NCBI GenBank assembly: GCA_001179505.1
Contig: CDMY01000472.1
Coordinates: 5,742 to 69,741 of the forward strand
Direction of reading: 5' to 3'
Source of the DNA: Vitrella brassicaformis CCMP3155
Taxonomy: Eukaryota > Protista > Chromerida
DNA length: 64,000 nt
The notes under the pieces are model-generated. The model saw only the letters and a program-made list of their open reading frames with translations. It was not told where the DNA came from and searched no databases. This document shows, one piece after another, positions 60,610 through 64,000 of the stretch. Every line of letters starts with the position of its first letter. Positions within the stretch are counted from its first letter, which is position 1. A program made the position numbers and the translations under genes.

Positions 60610-61586
60610 ACCAGCCATCAAGACGGAACACGCATCACACGAGCGAACAATCGGCAGCCACGTCTCATCCAGCACCCATCCATCCAGCCAGCCACTCACA
60701 CCCACACAGGCTCCAATCGTGACGGACAACCACCAACCAATAAATCACCATACACCAACGTCTCGTGACGTCAGCCTCCCATCGCCGATGTACGTTAACA
60801 TCACAACAAAACACTATCCCTGCGCTGTCTGTGAATGTACGTACGCACACGTGTGAGAAATGCAGCACGACCGACACACGAGTAGGCAAGCCACTTAGAA
60901 ATCCGACATCCATCCATCCATTCATCCACACTTACATTCACGCAGACTCAGCCCGTGAAGTGCCGTGAGTGTACGCTTGTCGGTTTGCGTGTCATCCTGG
61001 CGCAATGCGTGACAGGGATGACACACAAGCCGACCGAGAGACACACCTCACACAAAAAGGGTGGGTGGGCTGTCATAAACTCAGAAAAGGCTAGTCTAGC
61101 TAGAAGGGAGACAGACACAGCGCACCCACACACAGCCAGCAGCGCCTTCATCCATGCATTCCCACACGACAGCCCCACGCCTCACATATCTGTCATGCAG
61201 TGGATAGCGAGTGCCCAATGTTTTGCATAGGTGTATCGGCACCGGCAGGCAGCGCACGGGTGGCACGACGAAGCACGGCATGCAGACCGCCACACACACA
61301 CAACAAACCTTCACCCATTCGCCCCGACACAGAGAAAGAAACCCAGTCAGTCTCGGTTGGAAGACAGGGCACAGTCGATGGGAAAAGCTTTGTCTCTCTT
61401 CTCAGTCGACAGGCAGACAGGCATCATCTCGTTGACGCCAGCTGCACCACACGGGCACAAGCAGGGTGGGGGGGTCACACTGCATGACAAATGACGTAAA
61501 AAAGACCAGCCATCAAGACGGTACAGGCATCACACGAGCGAACAATCGGCAGCCACGTCTCTTATAAATCCAGCACCCATCCATCC
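60610..61586. repeat. Dispersed direct repeat of about 75 bp (60610-60685 and 61505-61586)
   Basis: ACCAGCCATCAAGACGG.ACA.GCATCACACGAGCGAACAATCGGCAGCCACGTCTC...ATCCAGCACCCATCCATCCA occurs in both places. Confidence 0.9.
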
Positions 61587-62229
61587 ATCCATCCACACAC
61601 GCTCACGCAGCCCCCGAGCAACAGCCGCAGTGCGTCTCATTGGCTGGGTGGCACATCCCACGTTCACGCGGTGACCACAGCTTAAAGGCTGTCTGTCGGC
61701 CACACACGCGCCCATGAGAGGCCAGTCGACCAGCCAGCCGCGCGGTTCACCCATCAGAGTTCACGCCTGCACCAGAGGATGGTCCAGTGCGCGCCCCCTG
61801 ACGGCGGACACGTGCACAGACAGACACCGCAGCAAAAACCCATACCCCCACACCACTCCCCAGACACACAGATGAACACGGCAGACATCCGCCAGACGCG
61901 TGTGCGCGAAAAGTACCAGGCAGCCATGGCACTCACAGCCAGTCAGAGAGAGGTCACAGGCCCGGTAGTGGTGTGTGGAGACCCACGCGTGACGGACAGA
62001 CCACCAACAAATCATTATACAGCCACACGCAAATCGCCAGCAGACATCCCCATAACACCAGACACGCCACACCATGAGGTGGCAAACACCGGACACACGA
62101 CAGGCAGCCGAACGATATACAGCGGAGTGAGTAAGTCGAATGAACCGTACCGTGGACCAAAAAAAAAAAAAACGCAGCCAGTCACACGATACACACGACA
62201 CGGGCATGGAGCATTTGTCTGAGGATCTG

Positions 62230-64000
62230 TGTGGGTGACACCCTGAGAGGCTCCCTGCAGGTGACGAGGGCGAGGCTGCCGGCGAGGTTGGCCACCATCA
62301 GATGCGCCGCGCGCTTGACCAGGCCATCGTCACCCTCGACAACGAAGTTCTTCAACACCAACTCACCAGTCGTCACACACGATATCGTCACTGGACACAG
62401 CACACAGACAACAAAGGGAGATTGGAAATCAGACTGTCTGTTCTTGACTAAAGGGTGCGGTGCATGTGACGCACCTGATCGCTCCACTGCGAGATGATCT
62501 CCCTGATGGCCGAGTTGACGGCCTTGGGTGCGCGGCAACGTACATTTGGCTGTATCTGGAAGAGTGCGATGGAGGGCCTGATCTGCACCCCAGCCTGCAC
62601 TTGAGTCACCAACGCACCGTTCATCCGACCCTGAGACTCAGCAGTCTGCCACACACATACACACATCACATGCAACCATGTGCACGTCCATCCACTTGCA
62701 CTGTACCCCTCCCTCCCATGTGTGTGATGCCCTCCTTCCTACCTGTAACTCTCAGGGCACATTAGGTGGCGGGAAGGAAGGCGTTGATGAGCGCCTTGTT
62801 GGTACACAGCACGGGCTGAGGGCCACTCGCCCGCCCTCTCTCTCAGCCAGACTGACTCACCGGTGTGTTAATTGGCCGCGCCATCTGGCATCACTCGGGC
62901 CCCCCCATCAAGGCGTTCAAGACCGCTCACTCACTGAGGAGTGAGTGCACGGCTTATTAACCTGCAGACAGACAACAAACACAGCGAGACATCCACACAG
63001 GTCGGCCCGTGTCTGTCTGTCTGAGTCGCGTGCGTCCATGCGTAGGCACCTACCCAGACGGGAAGGGCCCTGAGCCGACGGCCTGTGATGTGCGGCCGCA
63101 CCAAGACGTGCGCCACCGTCTGCACGAGCTCCTTGTAGAACTGCACGATGGACACGGGCGAGGGGGAACTGTATGCTGCCGGTGCACCTCAGGGTCAGAG
63201 TATGCCAAGGCGGGAAAGCGCTCCTCTGGTCGCGGTTCTTCTCCAGATGGGGCACCGATGCTTTGGGCGATGAGGGAGCAGGGCTGACGCGCACCCGAGG
63301 GGAGCTCGATCGACGTGGGCTGGGGCTGCCGCCTGTCTGCCCTGACGGGTCCATCGATGACCCGTCTGGCAGGGCCTTGAGCGGCACCGACGACACATGC
63401 ACCGGCCGCGATGCCGTTACGGTCGAGGCCAAGAAGTGCCTGCGAGGCGGCGCGGCGCTCTCCATCGGGGCCACCCGGTCCGAACATGTTGAGGTTCACC
63501 TCAGCGTCGGCGGCTGACGACATTGCTGCCGGCGGCTCCTGCTGCTGTGCCGCGGGCTCGTGGTCGCCAATCCTGAGTGAGTGAGCAGCGGACAACGCAC
63601 ACACACACATATACAGACATACAGAAATGTGTGTGGTGTGGGTGGGGGTGTGGACACTTACTTTTGTATCTGTTCAGTAGCTTCCCCCAAAGAAGCTTTG
63701 GCGATGGACGCCGTGCCCAGCTCACGGTTCTCAGGGATCTCCACCAGCGATGCAGCCGCTACCGCGACGCCGACCATTTCTGCCTCTTGCCCGCTCTCGC
63801 GAGGGGCGCTGTAGGTCTGCACTGATGCAGCCGGTCGGCTGCGAATGGTGCGGCTGGGGAGGGGAGGTAGGTCGGCTGCTGAGTGTCTCGCTCGTAGTAG
63901 AGCTGGCCTTAGTGTGTGGGCTGCTGTGGCCGACGGGTCTGCCGGATGGCCTCGCCCGTCAAGCGCCGAGTGAGAAGGAGGTTGGTCTTGAGGTCCTTGA
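62230..64000 (-). pseudogene. CNOT1: Degenerate CCR4-NOT subunit 1 (CNOT1/NOT1) segment covering the start of the DUF3819 region
   Basis: TISCVTTGELVLKNFVVEGDDGLVKRAAHLMVANLAGSLALVTCREPLR and AVNSAIREIIS match the conserved NOT1 stretch as I recall it (AIREII.PVVERSVTIA..TT.ELV.KDF...AAH.MV..LAGSLA.VTC.EPL). There is a 4-nt loss at about 62485-62489, and no downstream NOT1 exons were recognised. Extension to 64000 is tentative. Confidence 0.7.

Overview
Eukaryotic, GC-rich, intron-dense DNA whose short introns are packed with (CA)n, (TCTG)n and (GGAT)n microsatellites. The intron style and the BTB/TLDc, ankyrin and other lineage-expanded gene families point to a chromerid alveolate, most likely Vitrella brassicaformis (inference, no search run). 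There are two 300-N assembly gaps, and I recognised no rRNA, tRNA, CRISPR array or transposase. Well-supported genes are two serine beta-lactamase-fold hydrolases (one intronless and secreted, one NylB-like), a HAD-like hydrolase, PTEN, a GTPBP1/2 GTPase, a TLDc protein, an LRRC57-like protein, a Cys-containing single-pass membrane protein, a SAM-type mitochondrial carrier and two ankyrin proteins. A decayed CNOT1 segment lies at the right end. The most unusual feature is at about 39-46 kb: a mosaic of duplicated, often frameshifted gene cassettes (including a J-domain gene pair). These are punctuated by six copies of a repeat whose 31-bp hairpin/T-rich core is identical in four copies, and the same cassettes recur with different neighbours. 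Exon coordinates were spliced by eye and many boundaries are approximate.
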